Part shown: positions 26,745 to 41,670 of the stretch, in pieces
Numbering within the stretch: position 1 is the stretch's first letter
How the letters are laid out: each line of letters starts with the position of its first letter
Source: Rhodospirillales bacterium
GTDB taxonomy: Bacteria; Pseudomonadota; Alphaproteobacteria; Rhodospirillales; JASLLZ01
Reading direction: 5' to 3'
DNA length: 64,000 nt
Assembly (NCBI GenBank): GCA_030754885.1
Contig: JASLZL010000021.1
Coordinates: 3,003-67,002, forward strand
Program-made: the position numbers and the translations under genes
Notes under the pieces: model-generated
What the model saw: only the letters and a program-made list of their open reading frames with translations
What the model was told of the DNA's origin: nothing
Databases searched by the model: none

Positions 26745-28387
26745 CTTCCCCCTTCTCAGATTTACGCCAGACGCCGATCCCGATTGCGGCGGTGCTATGG
26801 CTGGGGGTTGTGGCCGTCGCCCTGGCCAGCCGTCCGGTGTTGCCCGTCGATGAGACTCGGTATCTCGCTGTCGCCTGGGAAATGTGGAGCCGGGGCGACT
26901 TCGTTTTGCCCACTCTCAACGGCGAAGCCTATAGCCACAAGCCGCCGCTGCTGTTTTGGATCATTCACGCCGGGTGGGCCGTCTTTGGCGTTAACGAATG
27001 GTGGCCGCGTCTGGTGGCGCCACTGTTCGGCCTGGGCGCCTTGTTCCTGACCGCCGAACTGGCGCGCCGGTTGTGGCCCGAACGGCGCGACGTGGCATCG
27101 GCGGCGTCCCTGATCCTGATGGCAAGTGGATTTTGGGCGATGTTCACCACGCTGACAATGTTCGACATGATCCTTGCCTTCTTTGCCCTCTTGGGCCTGC
27201 TCGGCATCCTCGACGCATGGCGCCACGGGGGTTGGAGGGGCTGGGCGATCCTTGGTGCAGCAATCGGATTTGGTCTCTTGACCAAGGGGCCCGCCATCGC
27301 GCTGCATGTCCTGCCGGTCGCTTTGCTAGCGCCGTTGTGGGGCGGGCGTCTCGAGGGTGCGGGGCGCGTGCGCCCGGGTTGGGGCGCCTGGTACGGCGGC
27401 ATCGTCCTTGCCCTTGTTCTGGGCCTGGCGATGGTCCTGGCCTGGGCTGTTCCGGCCGGGGATAAGGGCGGTGCGGCCTTTCGCGATGCCATTTTCTGGG
27501 GCCAGACGGCGGGGCGCGTGGTGGATTCGTTTGCCCACGGCCGCCCCTGGTGGTGGTACCTGGCGATGACGCCGCCGCTTCTTGCGCCGCTGATTTTTTG
27601 GCCGGGCTTGTGGCGGTCTCTGGGTCGGCGCGCCGTTGGCTTCGGTGACGGGGGACTTCGTGTCTGTCTCTGCTGGTTCGGACCCGCCTTCCTTGCCTTC
27701 ACGGCAATCAGCGGCAAGCAACTGCACTACCTCCTGCCCATTTTTCCCGCTCTGGCCCTGGCCCTGGCACGATTTCTGACGGCGCCCGACGAAGAGACAT
27801 CGGTGGTGCGCCGCGATCTGGCCGTGCCCGGTGCGATAGTGGCGTTCGTGGGTCTGGCCATCCTTGCCGTTGACGTCGCCACGCCATATCTGGACCTTCC
27901 CTCATGGGTCAATAACTTGACGCTTTGGTGGGCCCTAATTGCTCTCGGCGCCGGCATCACGGCGGCGGTTGTCCCATTGGCTGGATTGACGGCACGTTTG
28001 GCGATGCTCGCCTCTTTAAGCGCCGCCCTGGTGGTAACGGTCCATCTGGTGGCGCGCCCGGCCCTGAGCGCGGTTATGGACCTTGGCTCCTTGTCGGTTC
28101 GCCTTGGCGCCTGGGAACGCGAAGGCCTTCCCCTGGCCCATTACGGGAAGTATCACGGCCAATTTCATTTCCTGGGGCGGCTGTCAAAGCCCTTGGCCAT
28201 CATCGGCGATGGCGAGGTCGCGGACTGGGTACGGCGCAATCCCCGGGGCAAGATCGTCACCTACCACCGCCGGGTGCCTGACCGCGCCCAACCCGACTTC
28301 GTCCAGCCTTTCCGCGCCATGACGATTGCGGTGTGGGACGTGGCACTGGTCAAAACTGATCTGGACCTGGTTAAGCGGCCAAAATAG
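26741..28387 (+). CDS. ArnT/GT-C (GT39/83) membrane glycosyltransferase
   Basis: DETRY, KPPLLFW, LTKGP, HGRPWWWY, KQLHYLLP. Confidence 0.88.
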   Translation: MTSPFSDLRQTPIPIAAVLWLGVVAVALASRPVLPVDETRYLAVAWEMWSRGDFVLPTLNGEAYSHKPPLLFWIIHAGWAVFGVNEWWPRLVAPLFGLGALFLTAELARRLWPERRDVASAASLILMASGFWAMFTTLTMFDMILAFFALLGLLGILDAWRHGGWRGWAILGAAIGFGLLTKGPAIALHVLPVALLAPLWGGRLEGAGRVRPGWGAWYGGIVLALVLGLAMVLAWAVPAGDKGGAAFRDAIFWGQTAGRVVDSFAHGRPWWWYLAMTPPLLAPLIFWPGLWRSLGRRAVGFGDGGLRVCLCWFGPAFLAFTAISGKQLHYLLPIFPALALALARFLTAPDEETSVVRRDLAVPGAIVAFVGLAILAVDVATPYLDLPSWVNNLTLWWALIALGAGITAAVVPLAGLTARLAMLASLSAALVVTVHLVARPALSAVMDLGSLSVRLGAWEREGLPLAHYGKYHGQFHFLGRLSKPLAIIGDGEVADWVRRNPRGKIVTYHRRVPDRAQPDFVQPFRAMTIAVWDVALVKTDLDLVKRPK

Positions 28388-28398
28388 CTCGGCCTTCC

Positions 28399-28427
28399 CT
28401 TGACATCGGACTCAAACGGACCTACAT
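28399..28427 (+). promoter_or_regulatory. RpoH (sigma32)-type promoter of groESL
   Basis: CTTGAC-N16-CCTACAT fits the alphaproteobacterial heat-shock promoter pattern. Confidence 0.7.
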
Positions 28428-28429
28428 CC

Positions 28430-28456
28430 TTGGCACTCGATGGGGGTGAGTGCTAA
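28430..28456 (+). promoter_or_regulatory. CIRCE element (HrcA operator)
   Basis: TTGGCACTC-N9-GAGTGCTAA, one mismatch to consensus, upstream of groES. Confidence 0.93.
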
Positions 28457-28505
28457 CAACGCCCCTTCAATCGTGTTTTTTCAATGGGTTGACGGAGATA
28501 TAACC

Positions 28506-28820
28506 ATGAAGTTCAGGCCACTGCATGATCGCGTTGTCGTAAGGCGGATCGAGCAGGACATAAAGACGGCAGGCGGGATCATTATCCCCGACACCGCGCA
28601 GGAAAAGCCCATGGAGGGCGAAATCGTCGCCGTTGGTTCTGGAACGCGTTCGGAGGACGGCAAGCTTACGCCGCTCGACGTCGAAGCGGGTCAGCGGATT
28701 TTGTTCGGCAAATGGTCCGGTACCGAAGTCAAGATCGACGGCGAGGAGCTGTTGATCATGAAGGAATCCGACCTTCTCGGCATCATCGAGAGCGGTGCCA
28801 AGAAGAAGTCGAAGAAATAG
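28506..28820 (+). CDS. groES: Co-chaperonin GroES
   Basis: [25 protein letters not shown]. Confidence 0.98.
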   Translation: MKFRPLHDRVVVRRIEQDIKTAGGIIIPDTAQEKPMEGEIVAVGSGTRSEDGKLTPLDVEAGQRILFGKWSGTEVKIDGEELLIMKESDLLGIIESGAKKKSKK

Positions 28821-28853
28821 TCGATCCCAACAGAATTCCCAAGGAAGGGTTAG

Positions 28854-30509
<1,656 letters not shown>

Positions 30510-30534
30510 TCCACCGACCACCGGCAAGACTAAC

Positions 30535-30564
30535 AAGGGCTGCGCCTTCGGGTGCGGCCCTTTT
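30535..30564 (+). terminator. Rho-independent terminator of groESL
   Basis: AAGGGCTGCGCC-TTCG-GGTGCGGCCCTTTT stem with TTCG loop and T-run. Confidence 0.85.
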
Positions 30565-30571
30565 CGTCGGT

Positions 30572-30732
30572 CGTGAAAAAGTCCCTCGCCTTTGGCTCGC
30601 TGTACTTTTTCCCGCTTTCAATATGGCCAAATCGGCCCTTGAGGCGGGCGCCGGGCCGCCCCAAGCGCGCCTTTCTCATTGTCGATATTGAAGAAAAGTA
30701 CACTGAGCGATAGCGAAGGACTTTTCTTCACG
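30572..30732. repeat. Long imperfect palindromic element (MITE/REP-like)
   Basis: 30572-30630 and 30679-30732 are imperfect inverted repeats, enclosing an inner hairpin CTTGAGGCGG/CCGCCCCAAG. Confidence 0.7.
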
Positions 30733-30737
30733 GGCAA

Positions 30738-31619
30738 CTATTCTGGGTCCAGGACCTTGATCAGGGCGCTGTGGTCCAGATCGCCGAACCCGTCGGCGAT
30801 GAGGCGGTCATAGAGCTCCCTATTCAGAAGCGTGGCCGGCATCTCGAAGCCCAACTCGGCGGCGAGATCGAGGGCTTGGGCCAGGTCCTTGCGCTGGGTC
30901 GTCGCCTTGCCGCCGGGGCGAAAGTCGCCGCTGACCATGCGTTGGCCGTGCAGCTCCAGGATGCGCGAGTCGGCGAAGCCGCCCTTGAGCGCTTGGCGCA
31001 CCTTGGCCGGGTCGGCGTCGGCGCGCCGGGCCAGCGTCAACGCCTCGGCGACGGCGCCGATGACCAAACCGACAATCACCTGATTGGCCGCCTTGGCGAC
31101 CTGGCCGGTGCCGATGGCGCCGACGTGGGTAAGGCTGGCGCCCAGAACCTCGAACACCGGTGTGGCGCGCCCGACGGCCTCTTCCGGACCGCCCGCCATG
31201 ATGGTCAGGGTGCCGTCTTCGGCCCCGACCGTACCGCCCGAGACCGGCGCATCCACATATTGGCCGCCGGCGCCGACGACAGCGGCGGCTAGGCGGCGCG
31301 TCGCCGACACCGCCGTGGTGCCCATGTCGATGATCAAGGAATCGGGGCCGACGGCGCCCAGGATTCCGTCCGCGCCGCCGATGACGGCCTCCGTCGCCGG
31401 TGTGTCGCTGACCATGACGATGACGGTCTTGGCCTTGGCCGCTACGGCGCCCGGGGTATCAGCGGCGACCATGCCCTTGGCCGCCATCTCTTCGACGACC
31501 GGGCGCGAGCGGTTGTGGACGATCAAGCGCGCTCCCGCCTTCATTAAATTCAGGCTCATCGGCCGCCCCATCAGGCCAAGCCCGATGAAGCCGATGGTCT
31601 TACCGTCGAGTGACGTCAT
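30738..31619 (-). CDS. Beta-hydroxyacid dehydrogenase (tartronate semialdehyde reductase/3-hydroxyisobutyrate DH family)
   Basis: GFIGLGLMG, DAPVSGG, GQVAKAANQ, KDL. Confidence 0.9.
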   Translation of the reverse strand: MTSLDGKTIGFIGLGLMGRPMSLNLMKAGARLIVHNRSRPVVEEMAAKGMVAADTPGAVAAKAKTVIVMVSDTPATEAVIGGADGILGAVGPDSLIIDMGTTAVSATRRLAAAVVGAGGQYVDAPVSGGTVGAEDGTLTIMAGGPEEAVGRATPVFEVLGASLTHVGAIGTGQVAKAANQVIVGLVIGAVAEALTLARRADADPAKVRQALKGGFADSRILELHGQRMVSGDFRPGGKATTQRKDLAQALDLAAELGFEMPATLLNRELYDRLIADGFGDLDHSALIKVLDPE

Positions 31620-31655
31620 GGGGTCTCTCGGAAGTGGAGCCGAATATAGACAACA

Positions 31656-32066
31656 CTACATCGTCGCGAAACGCGCCCGGGCACCGCGTTCAATGGCGGC
31701 GGCGGTCAGGCGGTCGATCCTCAGTTCATGGCGGATCATCTCCAGCATCCTAAGCTCTTCTTGGTGCGCCTCGCCGTCGACGGCGACGACGTCACAGGCA
31801 AGCGCATAGGCCGTTTCGCGGAGCTTGCCGGGCAACGCATCCTTGATCAGTTGGAAGACGCTGTCCAACCCGTCGTCATCTTCAAGAAGATCGGCGCAGC
31901 TGGCGACCGTGTCGGTTAACAGCGCGCTTTGGTAATCGGCGAACACGGGAAGGAAGTTGATGGTCTCGCCCATGGTCCGCATTTCGGCGTCGGTCATCTC
32001 GTTGTCGGCGGCCGATACCATGACCATGGTGTAGATCAGGGCAGCGTGGTGGCTGATCGCGGACAT
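31656..32066 (-). CDS. TerB-family protein
   Basis: MVMVSAAD..MTD.E, LRETAYALACDVVAVDG, AAIERG. Confidence 0.82.
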   Translation of the reverse strand: MSAISHHAALIYTMVMVSAADNEMTDAEMRTMGETINFLPVFADYQSALLTDTVASCADLLEDDDGLDSVFQLIKDALPGKLRETAYALACDVVAVDGEAHQEELRMLEMIRHELRIDRLTAAAIERGARARFATM

Positions 32067-32217
32067 CCGAACCTCGCGTGTGGTTTGCCAATCTCCACCA
32101 TACCCCCCCCGCCCAGCGCGCCGTCAAGGGCGGTGAACCAAGACGATTTCGACGATCCCGAGTTTAGTGCTACTTTGGCACGAAGCGGCAACAGATGGGC
32201 AAGCGGTTTTGATCCCC

Positions 32218-32496
32218 ATGATCTGGGTAAGATTGAGCAAGATTTTGATGGCTCTCGGCGGCGTGATGTTTATTGCCGCCACCGCCTGGTGGTACGTCTT
32301 TTTCGAGTCCATGCTGGGCGACGACGTAAAGGCGGCCAGCGCGTGTTTCTATCGCACGACGGAGAGCTGCGCTCTGGGAAACTTGGTGGGCATGTTGAGT
32401 GAAATCCCCGCTTACTCGCCCTGGGCCTTTTGGGCCGCGGTCGGGATGACGGCGGCGGGGATCGTCATTTACGCCGTGGCACCGCGCGGAAATTAG
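32218..32496 (+). CDS. Small two-TM hypothetical protein with a Cys pair in the loop
   Basis: Two hydrophobic segments flanking ACFYRTTESC and YSP..FW. Confidence 0.6.
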   Translation: MIWVRLSKILMALGGVMFIAATAWWYVFFESMLGDDVKAASACFYRTTESCALGNLVGMLSEIPAYSPWAFWAAVGMTAAGIVIYAVAPRGN

Positions 32497-32620
32497 CGTT
32501 CTCTGACGGGTGGATCAGCGCACCAACGCGGCATCGTCGGCGCAACATTTATGGTATGATCGCGTCTCAAAGGGGGGGACAGGCTAGCCTTGCGTTGGGG
32601 GTGAACGAACGAGGTAAACA

Positions 32621-33112
32621 ATGATCAAGGGACTACACCATAATGCCTATCGCTGCCGGGATTCGGAGGAGACACGCGCTTTCTACGAGGACTTTCTTGG
32701 ATTGACGCTTGAATCCACACTGGAAATTGGCGAATCCAAGACCGGGCGCAAGACCAGCGCCCTGCATACGTTCTACAGGCTCGATGACGGTTCCTTCCTG
32801 GCGTTTTTTGAGGTGCCGGACCAGTCCTTCGAATTCAAGGACCAACATGACTATGACCTGCACATCGCGCTTGAGGTTACGAATGATGTGCTGCACGCGA
32901 TGTTCGAGAAGGGAAAAGCGGCGGGCATCGAAACGCGCGGCATTGCGGATCACAAATTCATCGATTCGATCTACTTCCGCGATCCGAACGGCTATGTCAT
33001 CGAACTGACCGCCAAGCGGGCCAATCACGACGAAGCCATGAACCCGGCGACCAACGGGGCGCGGGCCAAGCTCGACGCCTGGCAAGCCGAAAAGGAGAAG
33101 GCGCCTGCTTAG
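32621..33112 (+). CDS. VOC/glyoxalase family protein
   Basis: LHHNAYRC.D.EET..FY, HIAL, SIYFRDPNGYVIEL. Confidence 0.88.
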   Translation: MIKGLHHNAYRCRDSEETRAFYEDFLGLTLESTLEIGESKTGRKTSALHTFYRLDDGSFLAFFEVPDQSFEFKDQHDYDLHIALEVTNDVLHAMFEKGKAAGIETRGIADHKFIDSIYFRDPNGYVIELTAKRANHDEAMNPATNGARAKLDAWQAEKEKAPA

Positions 33113-33118
33113 AGCTTG

Positions 33119-35893
33119 TTAATCGGGTTTCTCGCTCAGGAAAGCGCGCACCTCGGCTAGGGCCTCGGCCAATCCCAGGCGGCGAGGCGCGACACCTTCA
33201 GGGAAGGCGCCGCCGAGGCGCGACGGCATGGCCCTGTCCAGCATGACGAAAACGCCGCGGTCGGTAGCCCGGCGGATCAGCCGCCCATAGGCCTGCTTGA
33301 TGCGCAGCCGGGTCAGCATCTCGTCGTAGGCACGACCGCCAAAGGTGTCGCGCCTGGCCCGGTGCAAGATGTCGGGGCGCGGCCACGGTACGCGCTCGAA
33401 GACGATGAGCCGGAGCGCCCGGCCCGGCACGTCGACGCCGTCGCGGACCGCGTCGGTGCCCAGCAGACAGGCATCGTCCTCGGCCCTGAAGATGTCGATC
33501 AACGATCCGGTATCAAGCGCATCGACGTGCTGGGCAAGGAGCGTCAGGCCGGCTTGCTCAAGGGGCTGGGCAATGCGCTCGTGAACGGCACGCAGGCGCG
33601 AAATGGCGGTGAACAGGCCGAGCCCGCCGCCGCCCGCCGCCATGAACAGCTCGCGGTAGGCGGCCGCCACCTGATCGGCGTCATTCTTGGCCACGTCGGT
33701 GATCACCAGGACGCGGGTTTGGGCGGCGTAGTCGAAGGGCGACGGCACCTCGGCCAGTACCGCCTCCGCCGCCATGTGGCGGGCCCCGCTACGTCCTTCC
33801 GCCACCGCCCAATCGGCTTCTTCGTCGCCGCTGCCGTCGCGCAGGCTGGCCGAGGTGACGAGGAGACCCTGGGCCGGGCCGGCCATTGTTTCGGCGAAGG
33901 GCCGCGTCGGATCAACCCAGTGGCGGTGGAATCCGACGTCGAGGTCGCGGCCGTCGATGCGCTCGACGCTGAACCAATCGACAAAATCATCAGGCGTTTC
34001 GCCGCCCAAGGAGCGCAGCATGGATCGCCAGGCCTGAACGACCAAGCCGCCGCGTCTTTCGAGGCTTCGGCTGACGGCCTCCAGGCGCAGGCGCTGACCG
34101 GTATCCAGGCTGTCGGCCTCGTCATCCAGGAAAGCCATCAGGGCCTGGACGAGCACGGTGACCGGTGCGCCGAGGCGCGCCAGGGCGGTCTCCAGTGTTG
34201 CCGCCGCGTCCAACAGGCCGGGCACGGCTGGGCGGGTCTCGGTCTCCAGGCTATAGGCGGTGCCGCCTTCGCGGTCGCGGGCGTAAACCTGTTGGCGGAC
34301 AAAGGTGAGGAAGGCCTCCGCCGGTCCCACAGGGGCGCCGCCGGCGAGGCGCTGGTGCCAGCCGGGGCCGGGCAGGGCGCGTGCCGCGCGCAACACCTCA
34401 TCTAGGGCTTCGGCGGCTTCGGCGTTGCCCGAGAGCAGATCTTCGATGCGCGCCCTGAGCCCCCGTGAGCGCGATCGAGACCGGCTTTCGGCGCCTAACA
34501 GCCAGCGCCTCAGCTCCTCTGCCTCGCGGCCCGAAAAATGGGCTGAAAAGGCCCCATCGGCGGCGTCGAACAGGTGGTGTCCCTCGTCGAAGACGTAGCG
34601 CGTCGGAAGGAACGCCTGGGCTGCCTCGTCACCGCCGCCGAGCGCCGCCTGCGCCATGATCAGGGCGTGGTTGCCGACCACGATCTCGGCGCGCCGGGCG
34701 CGCCTGACCGTGCGCTCGATGAAGCACTTGGCATAGTGGGTACAGGCCGAATAGACGCACTCGCCCCGGGTGTCGGTCAGCTCCATGGTCGCGCTCCGGC
34801 CCAAAAGGTCGGTAAGCCAGCCCGGGAAGTCGCCGCCCACCATGTCGCCGTCGCGGCTGACGCCGGCCCAGCGCGCCATCAGTCCCAGGGCCACAACATC
34901 GGCGGCTCCGCCTGCCGGGACCCGGCCCACGGCTTCGTCGAAGTTCAACAAACAGAGGTAGTTTTCGCGCCCCTTGCGGACGACGACCTTCTTCTCCTTG
35001 ACGGCGCGCTCGGGGTAGAGCCGGTCAAGCTCGGCGTCGAGCTGGCGTTGCAGGTTGCGGGTATAGGTCGAAATCCATACCGGACCCTTGTTCTTTTCGG
35101 CCCACACGCTGGCCGGTGCCAAATAGCCGAGCGTCTTGCCGACGCCGGTGCCGGCCTCGGCCAGGACCAGGCGTGGCTCACCGGCCTGGTCGCGGGGCAG
35201 AAAGGCGGCCGAGACCTGGCCCGCGTAATCCGCCTGCTCGGGCCGTTCCTCGGCGTCGGCACCCAACAGACGGACCAGCCGTGCCCGCGCTTCGACGGGC
35301 TCGACCGGCTGGTTGTCGGGCAGCGGCTCGGGGCCGCTGTCGTTCCAGTGCGGAAGTTTGTTCCACACCTTGAGCCCGTCAAGCAGGTTGGCCGAATGGG
35401 GGGCCTCGGAAGAACCGCCGAAGGCGGCGACCACAGCGGAGCCCCACGGCCATCTACCCCGCGCCATGACCTCCGCTGTGGCCAACGCGTCGGCGCCCGG
35501 CGGCGGTTTGCCCCGGGCCAAGGTGGCGAGCAGTGACTGGGCGGCACCAAGCAGCGCCGCCGCCTCGTCCCCAAGGCTCTCGGGAAGGGCTAGGCCAAGG
35601 GTGCGGGCAAGGCCGCGCGGCGTCGGCACGCAAAACCGCGCCGGGTGCGCGAAGGCGAATAGCTCAAGCACGTCGAGGGCCGGGAACCTGGCCGTCCCCA
35701 GGCGCCGGGCGGCGGCCCGCGCATGGCACACGACCGGCACGGCGCCGCCTTCGACGCGCCGGACGGCCTCGGCCAGCGTTAGGCTTTCGACCTTGCCATC
35801 GGCCGATATCCATGCCGCCCCACCGACGCCGGCCACCAGGACCGGCGCTTGGGGCATTCTCACGGGAATAGACTCAGAGTCAGTGGCGGCCAT
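33119..35893 (-). CDS. DinG/YoaA family ATP-dependent helicase
   Basis: EAGTGVGKT, KGRENYLC, DEGHH, SPFDY, DGVDVPG, QAYGRLIR. Confidence 0.92.
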   Translation of the reverse strand: MAATDSESIPVRMPQAPVLVAGVGGAAWISADGKVESLTLAEAVRRVEGGAVPVVCHARAAARRLGTARFPALDVLELFAFAHPARFCVPTPRGLARTLGLALPESLGDEAAALLGAAQSLLATLARGKPPPGADALATAEVMARGRWPWGSAVVAAFGGSSEAPHSANLLDGLKVWNKLPHWNDSGPEPLPDNQPVEPVEARARLVRLLGADAEERPEQADYAGQVSAAFLPRDQAGEPRLVLAEAGTGVGKTLGYLAPASVWAEKNKGPVWISTYTRNLQRQLDAELDRLYPERAVKEKKVVVRKGRENYLCLLNFDEAVGRVPAGGAADVVALGLMARWAGVSRDGDMVGGDFPGWLTDLLGRSATMELTDTRGECVYSACTHYAKCFIERTVRRARRAEIVVGNHALIMAQAALGGGDEAAQAFLPTRYVFDEGHHLFDAADGAFSAHFSGREAEELRRWLLGAESRSRSRSRGLRARIEDLLSGNAEAAEALDEVLRAARALPGPGWHQRLAGGAPVGPAEAFLTFVRQQVYARDREGGTAYSLETETRPAVPGLLDAAATLETALARLGAPVTVLVQALMAFLDDEADSLDTGQRLRLEAVSRSLERRGGLVVQAWRSMLRSLGGETPDDFVDWFSVERIDGRDLDVGFHRHWVDPTRPFAETMAGPAQGLLVTSASLRDGSGDEEADWAVAEGRSGARHMAAEAVLAEVPSPFDYAAQTRVLVITDVAKNDADQVAAAYRELFMAAGGGGLGLFTAISRLRAVHERIAQPLEQAGLTLLAQHVDALDTGSLIDIFRAEDDACLLGTDAVRDGVDVPGRALRLIVFERVPWPRPDILHRARRDTFGGRAYDEMLTRLRIKQAYGRLIRRATDRGVFVMLDRAMPSRLGGAFPEGVAPRRLGLAEALAEVRAFLSEKPD

Positions 35894-36026
35894 GGGCCGG
35901 AGTATAGGCAATGAAGGGTCTGCGTCCACGCGGACGAAGACTAGCTTCCCTCATTCCGTCACACCGGAAACCGCGGTTGGGGACCTTAAACCACGCACGC
36001 GAGCAAAACACAAAATCTCCAGAGGG

Positions 36027-36944
36027 TCATGCCGATTTCAGAAACCTATCGTAGTACTTCAAAATTAGGTCTTTGTGCCGTGGGTTGCGTGAGATGACGT
36101 GGCGGATGATGTTAGAATTGGTGTGATCGATATAGGGTGAGGTTAGTTTAATTAACTTTCCAGCCTCTCGCACGGTAATCCTAATTATTTCTAGTTCTTT
36201 TTCCAAAGGCCCTCCTTCGTATTTTATTTTCTCGTATTGTTTCCACAGACAATTTATGGATCCCATAGAAGGTTCACGCGAAAGATTTCTAATGCAATAT
36301 TGTGGGGGAGTATCCTTATAGTTCTTATATATTCGTGCGAAACTTGGCCTTACATGTTTTTCGACAAATTCAAGGTATGGCGTGTCGTAGTCTACGGCTG
36401 GATTCCAAGGATTCTCGACGAGGGGATTGCCGTCCGACGTCAGCCTGTCCGGATCCAACACAAAATTCCAGGAAGGGAAAATCTTAACCGCACTCCCAAC
36501 CGTCCGGTTGTGATTGTAGTCGTGGAAAACCGCATTGCCGATAACGGATAGGTGTACGTGGCTCGTGCCGCTGCTGCCGGTCCCGGTGGCTCCCTCGCGT
36601 CCGATCACAGTGTATCGGTCAACTTCGGTTCCTGGCTCAATAAGCAGTTCTTCTTGATGAGCCAGCAAGACTTCGGTGAATCCGTACTGGATGGTCGTTG
36701 TTTTCCCACTGACAGGAGAATTTCTAACACTGCTTATCCGACCCTTTACGGGACTGACAATTGGGACTCCGTGGCCAAAGGTCAGATCAATGCCGCCGAT
36801 CCCTCGAGTGCTGGTCTCCGCCTCATTCTCCACGTGCTCCTGGAAGGTTGCCATGCCGCTCGAGCCTGGAAGATATCTCGGCACACCCAGGGCGCACCCG
36901 CCCACACCCAGAAGGGCCAACCCGCCACCACCGAGGCGAAGCAT
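36027..36944 (-). CDS. M23 peptidase-domain putative lipoprotein, AT-rich (start may be upstream at 36980)
   Basis: GID...G.PI.SP..G, LAH, G.TG...SHVHL motifs; GVGGC lipobox; in-frame NRRE just upstream of the ATG. Confidence 0.72.
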   Translation of the reverse strand: MLRLGGGGLALLGVGGCALGVPRYLPGSSGMATFQEHVENEAETSTRGIGGIDLTFGHGVPIVSPVKGRISSVRNSPVSGKTTTIQYGFTEVLLAHQEELLIEPGTEVDRYTVIGREGATGTGSSGTSHVHLSVIGNAVFHDYNHNRTVGSAVKIFPSWNFVLDPDRLTSDGNPLVENPWNPAVDYDTPYLEFVEKHVRPSFARIYKNYKDTPPQYCIRNLSREPSMGSINCLWKQYEKIKYEGGPLEKELEIIRITVREAGKLIKLTSPYIDHTNSNIIRHVISRNPRHKDLILKYYDRFLKSA

Positions 36945-37045
36945 TTCCCTGCGGTTCAGCCAATGAATTGATTGCTGAATTTTGCCCTCCGATGCGCCAG
37001 TGTCCGCCCCGGATTGACCGAGTCAATTAAACGCAATTCCCCTCC

Positions 37046-40722
<3,677 letters not shown>

Positions 40723-40726
<4 letters not shown>

Positions 40727-41670
40727 GGCTTGGACTCTCCTTGATCGGGATGGCGCACGCCCAGGATATGGCAAATGGCAAAAACCAGATCGGCACGGTT
40801 CAGGGTGTAAAAATGAAATTGCTCGACGCCGTGGGCATTGAGCACGCGGCACTGTTCGGCGGCAATGGTTGCCGCCACCAGTCGGCGGGTGTCCGGGTCG
40901 GCGTCCAGGCCGTCAAACAGATCCGCCATCCAGCCCGGCACCGAGGCGCCGCAAGTTTTGCTGAAGTCGAGAATGCGGGAGTAATTGGTTACCGGCAGGA
41001 TGCCGGGCACGATGGGAACGGTGATGCCAGCCGCCGCCACACGATCGCGGAAGCGAAGAAAGACGTCGTTGTTGAAGAAGAACTGAGTGATGGCGCGCCC
41101 GGCGCCGGCGTCGATTTTGCGCTTCAAATTGTCCAGGTCGGCGGCGGCGCTGGCGGCCTCGGGATGGACTTCGGGATAGGCGGCGACGCTGATCTCGAAA
41201 TCCGCGACGCGCTTCAGTCCAGCGACCAAATCGGCGGCATAGGCGTAGCCGCCGGGATGGGCCTGGTATGCCTCGGTCGCGTCCGGCGCGTCGCCACGCA
41301 GTGCCACGATGTGGCGGATGCCGGCTTCCCAGTAACGCTTCGCAATGGCATCGATCTCGTCTCGGGTCGCCTCGACGCAGGTCAGATGGGCGGCGACCTG
41401 AAGCGCCGTCTCGCGGCGGATGCGCAAGACCGTGTCGTGGGTGCGCCGCCGGGTCGAGCCGCCGGCCCCGTAGGTGACGGAGAAGAAGGCCGGATCCAGG
41501 GGCGCCAGACGACTAACGCAGGACCACAGCGAACGCTCCATCTTCTCCGTTCGGGGGGGGAAGAATTCGAACGACACCTTGACGCCGAGCGGCGCCGCGA
41601 CCGCCAGGGCCGACAGTGCCGGGGTTACGCCGGTGGTGGTTTCTTCCGTGGAATTCCTTGTCACGGTCAT
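40723..41670 (-). CDS. metF: 5,10-methylenetetrahydrofolate reductase
   Basis: [32 protein letters not shown]. Confidence 0.96.

Noticed and set aside
31656-32066. TerB gene as part of a tellurite or anti-phage ter cluster
   Set aside because: It is solitary, has host-like composition, and no other ter genes are nearby.
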